A program made the translations under genes and the position numbers. A model generated the notes under the pieces. The model had not been told where the DNA came from, made no database searches, and saw nothing but the letters and a program-made list of their open reading frames with translations. A DNA stretch of 64,000 bases from Octopus sinensis (taxonomy: Eukaryota). Below are positions 26,821 to 43,266 of the stretch, one piece after another; the stretch's first letter is position 1; each line of letters starts with the position of its first letter. The stretch lies in the NCBI RefSeq assembly GCF_006345805.1, contig NC_043002.1, forward strand, positions 15,252,001 through 15,316,000, written 5' to 3'.

Positions 26821-26872
26821 CGAAAATTACCATATCTTAGGAATGAGAATCTATTTTCGAAAGTTCCTCAAG

Positions 26873-26915
26873 ATACCCGATGAAGTCTGGAGGGTTATCA
26901 GACGAAACGTTGTGT
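26873..26915 (+). ncRNA. Minimal hammerhead-ribozyme-like motif (Penelope pLTR type)
   Basis: ATAC-CCGATGA-A-GTCTG-gagggttat-CAGAC-GAAAC-GTT|GTGT: stem I 4 bp (one G-U), stem II 5 bp, loopless palindromic stem III (AACGTT); core has U4C. Confidence 0.6.
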
Positions 26916-27289
26916 TAACAATGAAGATGAGTACAAGTATCCGTGAAATGCAAAATAAAGTAAATAATGTACATAATTCCCCATCTCTTAAATATAGAAC
27001 AGAACTTTCAGGAATTACCGGTCTAAAAGAGATATAACGTAGACATGTCTATAAAACAACAACAGCGCCAGTGTAAACAGCTCCAATCTCTCTCATATAT
27101 TTTCGAGCCTCTACACACCACGAACTGAGAACATTGCGATATGAAAAGATTTCTCGGTGGGAAGAGCGTAGGTGGGGTGAGAACCCTTCCAAGATATCTT
27201 ATATCTTTGAGAGAGTTCTCACCCGAAAATCTGCTCAGTGTTCCCAAATTAGTGTGACACCAAGACTACAGATTTAGTATTGCTACTTG

Positions 27290-27323
<34 letters not shown>

Positions 27324-27324
27324 A

Positions 27325-27359
<35 letters not shown>

Positions 27360-27499
27360 CACTACTACTACTATCACTACTACTGCTGCTGCTGCTGGTG
27401 ATGATGATGCTGTAGCTGCTGTTACTTCTGCTGCTGTTACTTCTGCTCTCCACAACAGCAACAACAACAAATATAATCCTATCCACTATAGGTACAAGA

Positions 27500-27688
27500 C
27501 GCGAGATTTGGGACGAATGATAGTCGATTACATCGACCCCAGTTGGCAACTCGTACTTAGTGTATCGACACCAAAGGGATGAAAGGCACAGTCGAGCTGG
27601 GTATTATTTAAACTCAGAACATGAAAACAGACGAGATGCTGCTAAGCATTTCTTCCGGCATGCTAAGGATTCTGCCAGATCTCCATCT
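27500..27688 (-). mobile_element. SINE family B, diverged
   Basis: AGTCGATTACATCGACCCCAG..GGATGAAAGGC..GCTAAGCATTT..TTCTGCCAG. Confidence 0.75.
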
Positions 27689-27747
27689 CAATAACAACAA
27701 CAACAAAAATTAAAATAATAATAATAATGATAATAATAATAATAATG

Positions 27748-27872
<125 letters not shown>

Positions 27873-27889
27873 CACAACAATGATAATGA

Positions 27890-28705
27890 TAGCGTTTCAT
27901 ATTAGTAGCACAAGATCACAGATTACTTGCCGCAAAAGCTACCCGGCTAACGTTCTTAAAAGTGTTTCTTTCACTTAATACAGATTATGAGATACATTTA
28001 ATAAAACAATAGACCATGTCGTCTCGCGATGTCCTCTGCTAACACCAAATGAATACAAAGATCTTCACGAAACGGTATGACAGAATTTACATTGGAAAAT
28101 ATGTAAACACTACACAATCAGCACTTTCGGTTATTAGTATGATCATCACCTCGACTCAGTCGTTAAAGGTAGAAATGTCACAAACGTCAGGTATTCTACA
28201 GTCAGCACCGACAGGACGGTCTCGGATAATAGCCAGACATAGTCACTGAAGACGATAAGAAAATACTTGTAGACTAATAGATGTATGTGTTCCCACTGAT
28301 AAAAATATATCTGGACAGAAATTTGAAAAATTAAGTAAATATAAGGACCTGGAAATTGAAATACAAAAGATGTGGCATCTTAAAGCGAGGCCTGTTCCTG
28401 TTATTGTGGGTGCCCAAGGTATTATAAGAAAAAGGCTGTCAGAAGAAACTCGATAATATCCCAGGAGAACCATGTCTCAGAGAAATCGAAAATATTGTGC
28501 TGACTTGTACTGCCCATATCCTTAGAAAAACAGTAACTATTTAAATGTCTGTGTTGTATTACACGAAGATATTCCGCTACTGAACCTGCTACTTCCCCTT
28601 CCCCAAGGTTTCCGTCATACCGTAACATGTCTCATTTTTTACGCGCCCTAGCACACTGGGTGCGTCTCGGCAAGTGATTGTAACAAACACGAAGATGAAA
28701 ATTAA
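27890..28705 (+). mobile_element. R4/Dong-clade LINE 3' end (CCHC region + RLE endonuclease + 3' UTR + (AAT)n tail)
   Basis: TIDHVVSRCPLLTPNEYK..LHWKICKHY; RLIDVCVPTDKNISGQKFEKLSKYKDLEIEIQKMWHLKARPVPVIVGAQG. Confidence 0.85.
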
Positions 28706-28726
28706 ATAATAATAATAATGATGATG

Positions 28727-28852
<126 letters not shown>

Positions 28853-29265
28853 TGTAACGATTCTGTGAGACATCCCAGTACATACAGACCGAACCATCAA
28901 AGCCAATTAACCGGATATTGTTGTGAAAGACCAAAACAATAAAGTTTGCTTATTGATCGACATGAGCATCCCCTGTGATCATAATATCTCGGCGAAAGAG
29001 TTTGACAAGCTCAGAAAATATAAAGACCTGCTCATTGAAATTGAGAAAATGTGGCATCTCAAGACGGTTACAATACCAGTGATCGTAGGAGCACTAGGAA
29101 TGATCGAAAAGGGAACCGAAAATTATATGAGAATGATCCCTGGCTTACCATCCCTGCAAGAAGTGCAAAAGATAGTCTTAACTTGTACATCACACGTATT
29201 GAGAAGAGCATTGTCGATGTGAGAACTATTACTACCCATGTATTTTAATTTAACTTTAAAAAAAT
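28853..29265 (+). mobile_element. Second, better-preserved R4/Dong 3' end (RLE domain)
   Basis: IL*DIPVHTDRTIKAN..PDIVVKDQNNKVCLLIDMSIPCDHNISAKEFDKLRKYKDLLIEIEKMWHLK..GALG (PD..D..K restriction-like endonuclease); starts directly after (AAT)n. Confidence 0.9.
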
Positions 29266-30230
29266 ACTGATGATGATGATGATGATGATGATGATAATAA
29301 TAATAAAAGCAACAATAATACATGAACTGTTAAATAATGAATCGATTGAACAGCAGGAGTAAAATACCTATTAGATTTTCATTAACTTAGTAAATAAAAA
29401 AATGAAAATCGTAAAAATTGAAATTCTTTCTAAAACAACTTCACTAAGTATCACTGTCTCACTGTTCTAATATTCTACGTGCTACATACACTTACATAAC
29501 TATTTGAAGATAGATTTTAGGTAGCACACTAACATGTCTGTGAATTAAGGCAGCTCATTAGACAGAGCAGCCAGAAAAAATAAACCTTAACATGCATTTG
29601 CGATATACATGCGATAGTCGTGAAATAATCGTCACAGAAAAAAAAATTGTTTTGTTATTGAAATAATTGCGAACATGTTCTGCCTGATATTTGGAAATTT
29701 ATTTCCTGTAATAATTCTTCAATTACCGTTTTATGTATAGTCATAAATGAAATGTTGCTTTTGTCCAAATTTTAACACTTGTGCAATTATTTCGAAGACT
29801 GATTTTGCAGAGATCTCTTACACGTGACAGAAAAAATATGTGCCCTTATTTTTTAGAAGAAATTTAGAAGAAACTGAACAGGAAATGTTTTGTTGTCTGT
29901 GAAACATAGATTATAAATGTTCATTCTCCAAATTTAACTTACGGATTTGAGGTGGAAAATTTCATAATGGCTTTAAACAACTTTGGTTTGAATAATGTAT
30001 TGCTGGTTACAGTGACAACAGCAGTTTCGAACCGTTTCATTCGCCTTTAGTCTGAAATGGCCCTATTTGGATTCATGAAGATAGGAGGATGTGTGTGTGT
30101 GTGTGTGTGCATGGATATATGAACGTATTCTGAATACATGTTTGTATAGAGTGCATAACTATATATGCATCTAAATATATATATATATATTATATATATA
30201 TATATATATTGCTATCTATCTATCCATCTA

Positions 30231-30349
<119 letters not shown>

Positions 30350-30696
30350 CGAGTTTACGTGTTTATGGATATCCGCTAATATATATGAGCAATGAAAAGA
30401 CTATGCCAAATTGTAACAAAGAGACGCCATAAGTATAGTGAATACTCAATACATTAAAACGTGGATGAGAAATACGGTAAATAATCATGTGATACTGGAA
30501 TAATACTTCCATTGAAAGCAAGGATGTCATAAAATGTCTTATAAGAAATAGAATCGACAGAAATCTTGCCGGATTAAAGTTGATGCGAGCTTTTATTCTC
30601 ATAAAGCAGAGTTTCAGGTGAGAAAAGAAACCTTTTCTTCATCGTCGTCACACGCCATATAAACAGAAAATTGCTTCTCTCGCTTTCTCTCCTTCT

Positions 30697-30740
<44 letters not shown>

Positions 30741-30825
30741 CGCCCACTCGCTCCATATATGTATATATATATACATATTCTATGTAAGCATGGAAGGTAG
30801 ACGTTAAATGATGATAATGATGATT

Positions 30826-30871
<46 letters not shown>

Positions 30872-30947
30872 CCCTATGTAAGCATGGAAGGTAGACGTTA
30901 AACGATGATAATGATGATTGTGATGATATATATATATATATATATGC

Positions 30948-31061
<114 letters not shown>

Positions 31062-31619
31062 GGTGATTTTGGTGGGAGGAAGCGTTTGCTCTGATATGTC
31101 AATAAATTTCTATTACTATATTCTCCTTCACGAAATATTGCATATATGCTGGACACCTGAAAAATGTCAAAAACTAGGAGCGGCAAATGTATCATCAAAG
31201 AATTTTAAAGGAGAGTCATTACAGCATAGTTGGGTGATTTTTCCGTCGCTTCCATTTACTGAGTTTTGTTCAATGGTACTTGACATCAGATGAAGGGAGA
31301 CTGCAGTTTGTATATAGATTATAATTTACTCTCGTCAGTTTCACATCTGAGCGTTTGAAGGCTTAACATTTTCCAATCATAACGTAACTAATGGAACGAA
31401 AAGGGAAATTATATTTAACCGTATATTTTACCTGTGAAAATTGTAACTGCATTGCGAAATCTTTGGTCTCCCGCAATGAGATACGGACAAAAATACTTGC
31501 TTCGTAATTGTATTAGTGATTGAGATTTTCTAACCGTGTAGGTTTTGTTAGCACATCTGATAACATCTTGTATAATTATGATCAATGTCTTACTTGTTAT
31601 AACCATTCTGCATTATAGT

Positions 31620-32030
31620 GAAGTGGGAAGGAATTTCACCATGTTTCGGTGTCTGCTATTACACCAGCTCATTTATAGGATCCAGTTAGCTCAAGCCATC
31701 ATCAGGAGGAACCACGTCCGGTTTCGGCCCCTACTCCTCTACCGTCTTGATGTGGCGCCCCACCCCTTTTCGAAGGTGTCTTCAGCTCTGGTGCTGAGTG
31801 CATGTCTTCGTTCTCCTTTCTTCTGTTCCCTGGCCTCTTCGATGTAGTATCAATGAGTGTCAGCGGGCGAGTGATTGGCTTGTCAAATTTCCTTTTAAAT
31901 ACCCACTGCTAGGCTCCAGCAGACAGCCCAGCAAGTTGTCACGTGACACTGTCTGAACTTTAACTGACCAATGAAGGGCGAGTAGTCTTAGCCCACGCAT
32001 TCTCTAAACGAGACCGTCATCTGTCAATCC
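31620..32030 (-). mobile_element. Probable Penelope-like 3' fragment with pLTR
   Basis: Minus strand resembles (NR)DDG..RLENAWAK, followed downstream by CCTGATGATGGC...CCGAAACATGG; the hammerhead stems do not close cleanly. Confidence 0.4.
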
Positions 32031-33318
32031 GCGAAGCATTATACTCAAGTATAATATATTGTACCATTTGCTTTAGATTTCGGAGTACACTTTCTGTTTG
32101 CTCTACGGATTAGTGTATGTTTCCATCAAATTTGAACTGAGTTTAAGTCTAATATACTTTTTTAGTGGCTGGTGTCAAGTAAAATGGAATATGAAAACCA
32201 CAAGAACATGACGAAGAACGGTAATGTATTTTCAAATGTTGTAGTGGTTTGTGTGGCTATTGAAACACTCCGTTATTATTTTCACCCGTTTGTTCACCTA
32301 AATCTTTACTGATAATATTAATTTTATGGAAGACGTGAGTCCCTGTTTTTACGAAAATTGTCCATGTTATTTTTTGTGCAAAAATGCATACAAAATAAAA
32401 GCGGGATCGTGATTTATTTCTTTCACGAGAAAAAAAAAAAGCATTGGTCGTCTTTTAAATAACAGTGCTACTACATTCAGACGGTGCACTGAATTACGTT
32501 GACTCTACATTCCAATTTAAATATAATTTGTGTATGGCAGTGCAACTGATTCAAAATAACCCTTTTAAAAAATATAGCCAAATCAGCCACAAGAAACAGC
32601 AAGAGAAAAGCAATAATAACAAGCCTATAATTATGTTTCTTGCGGTAAATTATAAGTTAGCTGAAGCAAATGTACATCAGCTAACCATAAATAATGATTC
32701 ATTTAATTGCTGTAAATATAGTTTTATAATTCTTTTTACAGAAAATCATTTTTTTAAAGCATTATAATAATAACTAAAGCAGGACATCTTGTGATAAATG
32801 ATATTGTCTTTCGTTGAACTATTGAATTTAAATTGTAAGCACGTTTCTTTATTTCTATATTACGTTGTTCATATTTGCAATATTCTTTTGCTTTTGTTTT
32901 TATTTCACGATTAAGAATATAAAAATATTAAATAGAAAACAATCAAGGAACTATTTTCGTAAGACGAATATAATTCGTGTATGACTGTTATTTAAACTTA
33001 AACACAAAATACATTTTTTTTCTATAATACTAATGATTACACTGAAATAACTTTCAAAATACATCATCATAGCAATTGCCAACTCTATCTTTTCTCCATT
33101 TCCTTTGACATATTTCACATACTGAGTATATTTTCGATTCTCACTCAAATATGAAATCACTTTACAGCAATGTAATGAAGCATCTTAAAAGGCTAAATAG
33201 GTTAATGGTATAGGAAGGACAAAGATAGGAAATCGGATTAATATCACATACAATCACTCATACATACTCACACACACACACATATCTACATGTATCACAC
33301 CCGGGACATCCGATGGAC

Positions 33319-33398
<80 letters not shown>

Positions 33399-33399
33399 A

Positions 33400-35300
33400 C
33401 ATCCAGATCCTCATATATCTCTAGAAAAACTACTCAGAATAAACTGCTTGAGATGTAAAATTCTTGGTGGATAAAACGAAACAAAATAAAAACACCCAAG
33501 TATTAGAACAGGCTGCTAAGTCTGAAAATTTGAACGCATTTATGACAATCTGTAGGATACATTTGGTCCAAGAAAGGTTAACACAGACTCTGTTCTCTCT
33601 AACGACAAAAAAAAAACTTAAGCAGCAAGGAGGAAATTCTGAAAAGATGGTCTGAACACTTCATGTAACCAACTAGTGGCCTATAATTGGAAAACCAGCG
33701 GAAGATACTTCCTTGAAAGAGATAAGTACTGCTAACAAAATAGCTTCCAAATATTTAAGCTCCTTTGTAAGACAATATTAACATAGAAGTGTAAAAGCAT
33801 AGTAGCAGACAACTTGTATTTGACCTGGGAAATGGATCTCTTCCTTGGCAGTTCAAAGATGATGCATCTATAAAGCAATTGTACAAGGAGGAGAAGAGTG
33901 TGTGATAATCACAGATGAATAAGCTTGTTGTGCATAGCTGGAAACAATCTTCTTTAACCGCATCATTAGAATCTAATAAACAGTAAATATCCTGAATCCC
34001 AATGTAGATTTCGAGCTAGGAGAGCTACAGATGACTAAATATTTGCCTTCCAACAAGAGAACGCACATGAGCAATATACAGAACTGTAGATGTGTTGAAT
34101 TGTTTTATTTTACTACCCACAAGGAGCTAAACACAGAGGGGACAAACAAGGGCAGACAAACGGATTAAGTCGATTTCATCGACCCCAGTGCGTAACTGGT
34201 ACTTAATTTATTGACCCCTGGAGGATGAAAGGGAAAGTCGACCTCGGCGGATTTGAACTCGGAACGTAACGACAGACGAAATACCACAAAGCATTTCGCC
34301 CGGCGTGCTAACGTTTCTGCCAGCTCGCCGCTCTTACTTTTCATTTTTGTTGAATTGACTGAGGCCTATGTTATGTGAATCGTCAGATACTCTGCTAAAT
34401 TTTGTGAAAACCATAACCTCCTGATAGATTATGAGGGTAATAATATCCTTACAGAAAAGAATGATAGCACCAATAATATCTAGTAGTCAATGTTCAGAGA
34501 CATTTTTCCTGTTGCCACTGGAACCAAATAGGGATGTGTTTTAGCTCTTCTACCTTTTTTCGTTTTCTTTTCATTGAAGCTCCAACATGCTTTCAGGGAT
34601 TACCATGAATATGAAAAATTCCAGTTTCCCATATAAGGAGGTCTATTATACATGAAAGGGCAAAGTGTCAGATCAAAGGAATAGACCAAGAAAGAGACCA
34701 TTCGTGATTTCTTCTTGTTGATGATTGTGCTTTGATTTCTTCCATACTTTACGGAATTCAGGAAACGATTGGCAGATTTGTTGCAGCAGCTCGTGCATTT
34801 GGACTGGTTATCAGCCTCAAGAAGACTGAAGTTTTATTTCAACCTAGGCCAGGAACACGCAATACTCAAGAATCAATCATGATGATAAACAACAGGCCAC
34901 ATAAACGTGTAAGGTCATTTAAATATCTTGGAAGTACAATAAACTTTAAGAATACTCTCGATGACGAAACCAAGGTTAGAATATTTAAATCTACGATTGA
35001 TGTTAGAAGCAAATTCCCATCGTTTGTAGTATGAACAAGATATCAGTAGGAAAACTAAAATAAGTGTATACAGATTTTATATTTTGAGGACACTTTATAT
35101 CGGGAAGAAGCATAGACTCCCTACTACTAACGTGAAGAAATTCGAAAAAATTCACATGTGCACTTCGCACAAGATATGAAACATACAAATGGCAAGATAA
35201 GCCAATTTTAAAATCTCAGAAACATGTTATATCTCCAGTATCTGAAGCATGCTGTTGAGAGTTGAGTGCAGATGGTAGATCATGTTCAAATAAACAAAAA
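33400..35300 (+). mobile_element. Heavily decayed RTE-clade LINE (RT region)
   Basis: Remnants of DNHRxISLLCIAG, PESQCRFRARR, VELTEAY (DLTKAFD), DDCAL, AARAFGLVISLKKTEVLFQP and FKYLGSTI. Confidence 0.8.
34095..34331 (-). mobile_element. SINE family B inserted in the RTE RT domain
   Basis: Well-preserved family B copy; TGTTGAATTG occurs on both sides. Confidence 0.9.
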
Positions 35301-35344
35301 ACATTGCACAATATTCTGAAGTTAATGCGAAACTGAATGTAAAT

Positions 35345-35665
35345 GTGGTAAACTGAAGCATGGGGAGATAAGCTGGGAGAGGTAAATATCTTTCAAGTGG
35401 ACAATCTGTCCTATTCGTTGTCTGCATACTGCCACTAAAGAGCGTTTTAAGAATGATGGGTGTGGGGTACATGCTAGGCAGAGTGAAAGCAAACAACCTG
35501 TGATTTATGGTTGACCTAAAGCTATTTGCTAAGACTGAGAAAGAAATTGAGAGTTTGACGGCAAGGAATTTGGAATCGAGAAACGTGGTGTAATGATTCT
35601 CAACCGGGTAAAAATGAGTAAAAGCCATGAGATCAAGCTGGAAAGTGGCGAAACTATAAAGGAAT
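35345..35665 (+). mobile_element. R4/Dong RT fragment (domains 4-7)
   Basis: LGEVNIFQVDNLS (GIFQGDSLS-like), VDLKLFAKTEKEIESL and EFGIEKRGVMIL. Confidence 0.7.
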
Positions 35666-35679
35666 AATATATATTATTC

Positions 35680-37775
<2,096 letters not shown>

Positions 37776-37778
37776 ACT

Positions 37779-38142
37779 GCTAAGTTACGGGGACGTAAAC
37801 ATACTACCATCGGTTGTCAAGCGATGTTGGGGGGACAAAGGCAGAAAACACAAACAAACACACACACACATATATATATATACATATATACGACAAGCTT
37901 CTTTCAGTTTCCGTCTAGCAAGGCTTTGGACGGTCCGAGGCTATAGCAGCAGACATGTTCCCAAGGTGCCAGGCAGTAGGACTGCACCTAGAACCATGTA
38001 TATATATATATATATATATATATATTTCCATATATTCTCAACAACATCTAGGAGAACGAACCCTGGTCTTAGAGACTCCAAACACGCAAATGACGTGTAT
38101 TTTGTAAGCAATTTACTTACCACACACCCACTCCTACGCCTA
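37779..38142 (-). mobile_element. SINE family A (3'-truncated), split by (TA)n plus ~75 bp
   Basis: Body at 37779-37998 and head at 38100-38142 are collinear with intact copies. Confidence 0.8.
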
Positions 38143-38163
38143 TAATAATAATGATAACAATGA

Positions 38164-38194
<31 letters not shown>

Positions 38195-38299
38195 AATATA
38201 ATATAATATAATATAATATGTATAATATAATTATATAATAATAATAATAATAACAATAATAATAATAATAATAATAATAATAATTATTATTATTATTAA

Positions 38300-38344
<45 letters not shown>

Positions 38345-38345
38345 A
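38143..38345. repeat. (AAT)n to (TTA)n microsatellite
   Basis: Direct reading. Confidence 0.95.
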
Positions 38346-38435
38346 ACTAGGGTCGATGTTATCGACTTTCTCCCTCCCTATAAAATCCAGGCCTTGTGTC
38401 TATACTGGAAAAAAACATTATTATTATGATTATTA

Positions 38436-38640
38436 TTGTGGGCGCATGGTCTAGTGTTTAGGGTGTAGCGCTCACGGCCGCGAGGTCATTGGTGGTGCAT
38501 TGTGTTCATGAGCAAAACACTTTATCTCACATTGCTCTGCGATCACTTCGATATATGGCGTGTGGTACATCGTGAACCTATTCATTCAACGTCAATGTGC
38601 TGAGCACTTATTCATCGTCTTCGCCGGGAGATTCCATCGT
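38436..38640 (+). mobile_element. tRNA-derived SINE family D, diverged
   Basis: GGGCGCATGGTCTAGTG head; TGAGCAAAACACTTTATCTCACATTGCTC resembles CORE/V-type central domains (inference). Confidence 0.55.
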
Positions 38641-38661
38641 TATTATATTTATATTTATTGC

Positions 38662-38701
<40 letters not shown>

Positions 38702-38721
38702 TATTATTATTATTATTATTA

Positions 38722-38755
<34 letters not shown>

Positions 38756-38832
38756 TTTAATATCATTATTATTATCATTATGATCATTATTATTATTATT
38801 TTATTATTATTATTATTATTATTATTATCATT

Positions 38833-38886
<54 letters not shown>

Positions 38887-40987
38887 ATATTATTATTATT
38901 ATTATTATTATTATTTATCACTGTTGCTTTGTTACTAACATCATTAGTGCTCGGGCAGGAGGACGGTCTATTTCGTATCGATATTATGCTAATCAGACAT
39001 GTAACATCTTCACTGAACTGTTCTCAGGAATACAGAGAAATGAATTTCTCGCTTATATGCAGCATGTTCTTCGGAGAATGCAGCTTTGTATTGATTTTGC
39101 AGTTATTAATTAATTTTATGAAACACAGGGAGAAAGTTTTTACATCATAACTTCGAAGAGACCATGTCTCTTAATTCACTGCCAGTAAATTGCCTCGCAA
39201 ACCTGCCTAACTTTAAACTGATGAAACCGAATTCATTATTTCTATTTGGCATATTAATAAGGAGATTCAGAAGTATGCCACATTAATTGTGTGCATGAAG
39301 TAACGTGATTTATATCTTATAATTGGTGCGTGTCTGCACCTATGGACGAAATTAAAATATACTATTGTAAGAATCATATTTTTCACTACTGAGGCTAGAA
39401 CAGTCTATCGTTCAATATAGTGTTGATTTGCAAACAATATAATATCCTTTGCCTGCCTTCTTATGCATTTCGATCTGTATGAAGCAGAGATCATCTTCGA
39501 CTTTACTCCAAACTTTTTCGATTCTGAGCTATGGCTACCGGACCCTCTTTCACAATTTCTGTTTAGTCTTTAATTTCAAGCCACATTTGGCCCTAATTTA
39601 GAGGAGCTTCAGAAAATAGTTTAAATACTGTCTAGTGAAAATAATACGATTGATACGGTTTGATATCAATGTGTCTGCATACTAAACTACTTAAACTGTA
39701 CTACAAGGAAAACAGTTGAGCAACACGTGTAGTTGTTTTGAAGAGAGTGTTAGAACCTTCTGAATAATCGAAGTGTATTGCAAAGCCTCTTAAAGCAGCC
39801 TGGAAAATGAAATAAGATGCGTTGGTATGAGAACCTTCGCATTGATAGTAATTATAAAGACAACATATTCAATACAAACGTTCACGGAGACAAATAATAA
39901 TAATGAGTAAGAGACATAGAATGGAATAGTGAAAGATCTAAAGAAACTGATAAATAGATGTGGTGTGAGAAAGTGTGAAATATATAACAAGTGATATTTT
40001 CCTATTAATTTTATTTTTACATTAGGCACATTAGCTGTGCATGACAATTTCTTTAACAAATTACAATATCAGCTTATGTAATTTAACGACAGGATCCAAG
40101 CCTAAATAGAAAAAGTATAGGAAATCACATTTTATGTAAATTAATGGAACAAATCCTGATTATTCGATGAAGGCGAATAGTAATTCAAAAATCTCTAGTC
40201 CGTGATAGATGTTAAGGTAATTTCGATGAAACGAATTTCTTTCACATTGATTTGAACGAGAATGAGCAATTACATATAACTGAAAAATCTTTCTTCCTTC
40301 CTACAACATGAGATCTGAAACACCTTCTTATTCAACAAACGTTATGCATTTATAATGGAAAATTCGTGTACAATTGCAAAGGCAGTTTCTGGATGCCATT
40401 ATTCATTTATATTATCTTTTATACACACAACCTCGTCGGTTAAATACAAAGCAATCACCCATCACTGAACTGGGTAGTTTAAAGTAAATGTCGTGTAAAG
40501 ATAGCGCCGAAGCATGCTCTGAAAAGCAAATTTAAATTCCATATTATTTGATCAAAGAATATTAAAGAACTGAGTGAAATTCTGCAAGTAAATTAGTCGA
40601 ATGCTTTAAAGATTTAACGGATTCTCTGCCTAAAAGTTCTACTACAAAAACTGTGATCACAACAATAATTATTGAAAACAAAGTCCATGATCAACATGAT
40701 CCAAACATTATATGACTTAGTGTCGGTACAAGATTTGTACTAAGACAACTTTGACGTATTAGAGGTATGGTCAAAGGTTTTTTTAGGCAAGGCCTCTGCA
40801 TAAGTTCCCTCTTATATTGTGTGTTTAATTCTACATATTTCTGTCTGTGATCTTTCATAACTGCGAGAGTTTCATTACGTATCTAGGATAGTGCGCATTT
40901 GAATCTTCACCATTTATGTGATATCTTTGATGAGTTTTAAGTTGTATATTAAGCATTTTTGAAATTTCTCTGCCTACAGAATGATGT

Positions 40988-40991
40988 AATA

Positions 40992-41044
<53 letters not shown>

Positions 41045-41069
41045 ATATTTGCATATGTATATATATGTG

Positions 41070-41139
<70 letters not shown>

Positions 41140-41308
41140 ATATTGTGTATATGTATATATATGTATATATATGTATGTATGTATATATATATATATATAT
41201 ATATATTACGTATGTATATATACATATATGTACATATTCATATATATATATACATATATCTCTCTCTCTACTTCTCTCTCTCTCTGCATATATATATATA
41301 TATATATA

Positions 41309-41347
<39 letters not shown>

Positions 41348-41370
41348 TATACATATAAACGTTTATATAT
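40988..41370. repeat. Long compound (TA)n microsatellite
   Basis: Direct reading. Confidence 0.97.
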
Positions 41371-41754
41371 AGTTTCCAGTCATGTTATTGGTAGAATCAA
41401 CAACAGACGTGCATCATCGAATGAGCGAAAAATACCAATTAACAGACACAATTTGCCAACGATGTACTAATTTTTTCCTGCTTGGAAGATACAATACATT
41501 TTCAGATTTATATGACGTTATGTATCTTCAATCAATGTCTCAGGTTTAATGCATATCGCTAGATGTATTTATAAACTCAGTCAGACTCAAAGACTGTAAC
41601 AGAATTTTAAATCGAATCTTCCCACGCTTCAGTATCAGTCGCATGTAATAGAAAAACTATTTGAAGATACTGTAATGATACTCAAAATTGATTTTAAAGA
41701 ATTTCAGTATAAGCTCAGCATAAACCATTTGTTTGTCAAAGTGTTTATCAACCA

Positions 41755-42110
41755 TAGACATCAGATGGCATCTTCATCGTACTTAATTCCCAATATGCAT
41801 GGTTTGGATTCATGTAATTCTAGTATCCACAAGACCTCAGAGTCAGAAAAGGGAGGATCAGGTTATTCTGGGTATATAGGGGAGACATTTCTGGTGAAAT
41901 CTTTCCAGCGTTTTTACATCCAGCATATCTATAGTCCATGATGTTCAAGAATACTACATGGCATTAGGAAAGAATTCGGCACACACCAAGTACTTAGTTT
42001 CGGATTTAATATTTCGTTTCAACCAGAATTTAGACTCTAGGCTTCTTTGAATACGAATTGTGATTCCTGTGTCTAGGTTTTCATCAACTTGTACCAAGAT
42101 ATTCAGGTAT
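41755..42110 (-). mobile_element. RTE LINE C-terminal fragment
   Basis: Minus strand reads YLG..LDTGITIRIQR, RNIKSETK and DVKTLERFHQKCL. Confidence 0.65.
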
Positions 42111-43183
42111 TTTCACTTAAGTAATGGAAACATGAATTGCATCTGAAGAGAAGTGAATTGTCATGTACAAGCAGATCGGTGCATTACTATAGTGGGTTTT
42201 TTTCCCTTCAAATGAATTTTTCTACTAAATACATCACATGAAGAAACACATGCACTAATAAGATATTGTGAGCTTTGCTCTATCTAACTTACTAGCTCAC
42301 AGTTATCTGAGTTCCAATGATCAAAAATGGATTTAAATTTCAATTTCATGAGATTAAACCCATTAACCGAAAAATGATGTTGTACATGGATGACAGCTGT
42401 TGAAAGTACAGCTGCATTATATATATGGAGCAGAGTGTCGGTGCTACAATATCACCTTCCTCTTTATTTACATTTTCTTTCGGAAATGATACCGGCAATA
42501 TTCCATTGAAGTGAACATGAGTCATTATATCTAATAGAGAACTCTGCTTCTATTCACAAAAGTTTGAGGACAGCTAAATTCCTTGAACACCTGCCAAAGA
42601 ACTTTCTTATCAACTGTGATAAAATCTGATAAAATCAACAAATCAATGGTATCAACCGTTGTTTTGCTCGTTGCGTTTCCTCTCGTAGCTGGCGGAGAGA
42701 GAAGATGATATCAACTGTCACTCCTGAAGCGTGGAGATGCTGACACAGATCTAGGGACGATACATTTCTCAAGGCATTAGACTGGATAACAACTGCAAAC
42801 TGGGTTAGACTTGGATCTGAAAAACTGCTTCATGAATACACATCTTGGATCAGAAAGTTATCTGAATACTATGTGTGTGTGTGTGTTCTTCATGGTAAAC
42901 CCTTGACTATCGCGGCTTTTAAGATCCCAAATAGTCCGTGATAGGTAAAACTCTGCGAAGAAGAAAGAGTACTGTATATATATATATATATATATATATA
43001 ATAATATATTATATATATATATTATAATTTTTATAATTTGTACATATTTGTACATATTTTTTATTATAAATGCAAACAAAACCAAAGACGAACCGAAATA
43101 AGCTTAAACAATAAACTTGCTATGGTGGTGGTATTACAACTACATATATATATTCACACACACATATATATATATACATATAG

Positions 43184-43265
<82 letters not shown>

Positions 43266-43266
<1 letters not shown>

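Noticed and set aside
42400-42850. YGAEC-like motif and a downstream open stretch (TFLKALDWITT..)
   Set aside because: Probably a very old LINE remnant; no continuous frame or splice-bounded coding exon.
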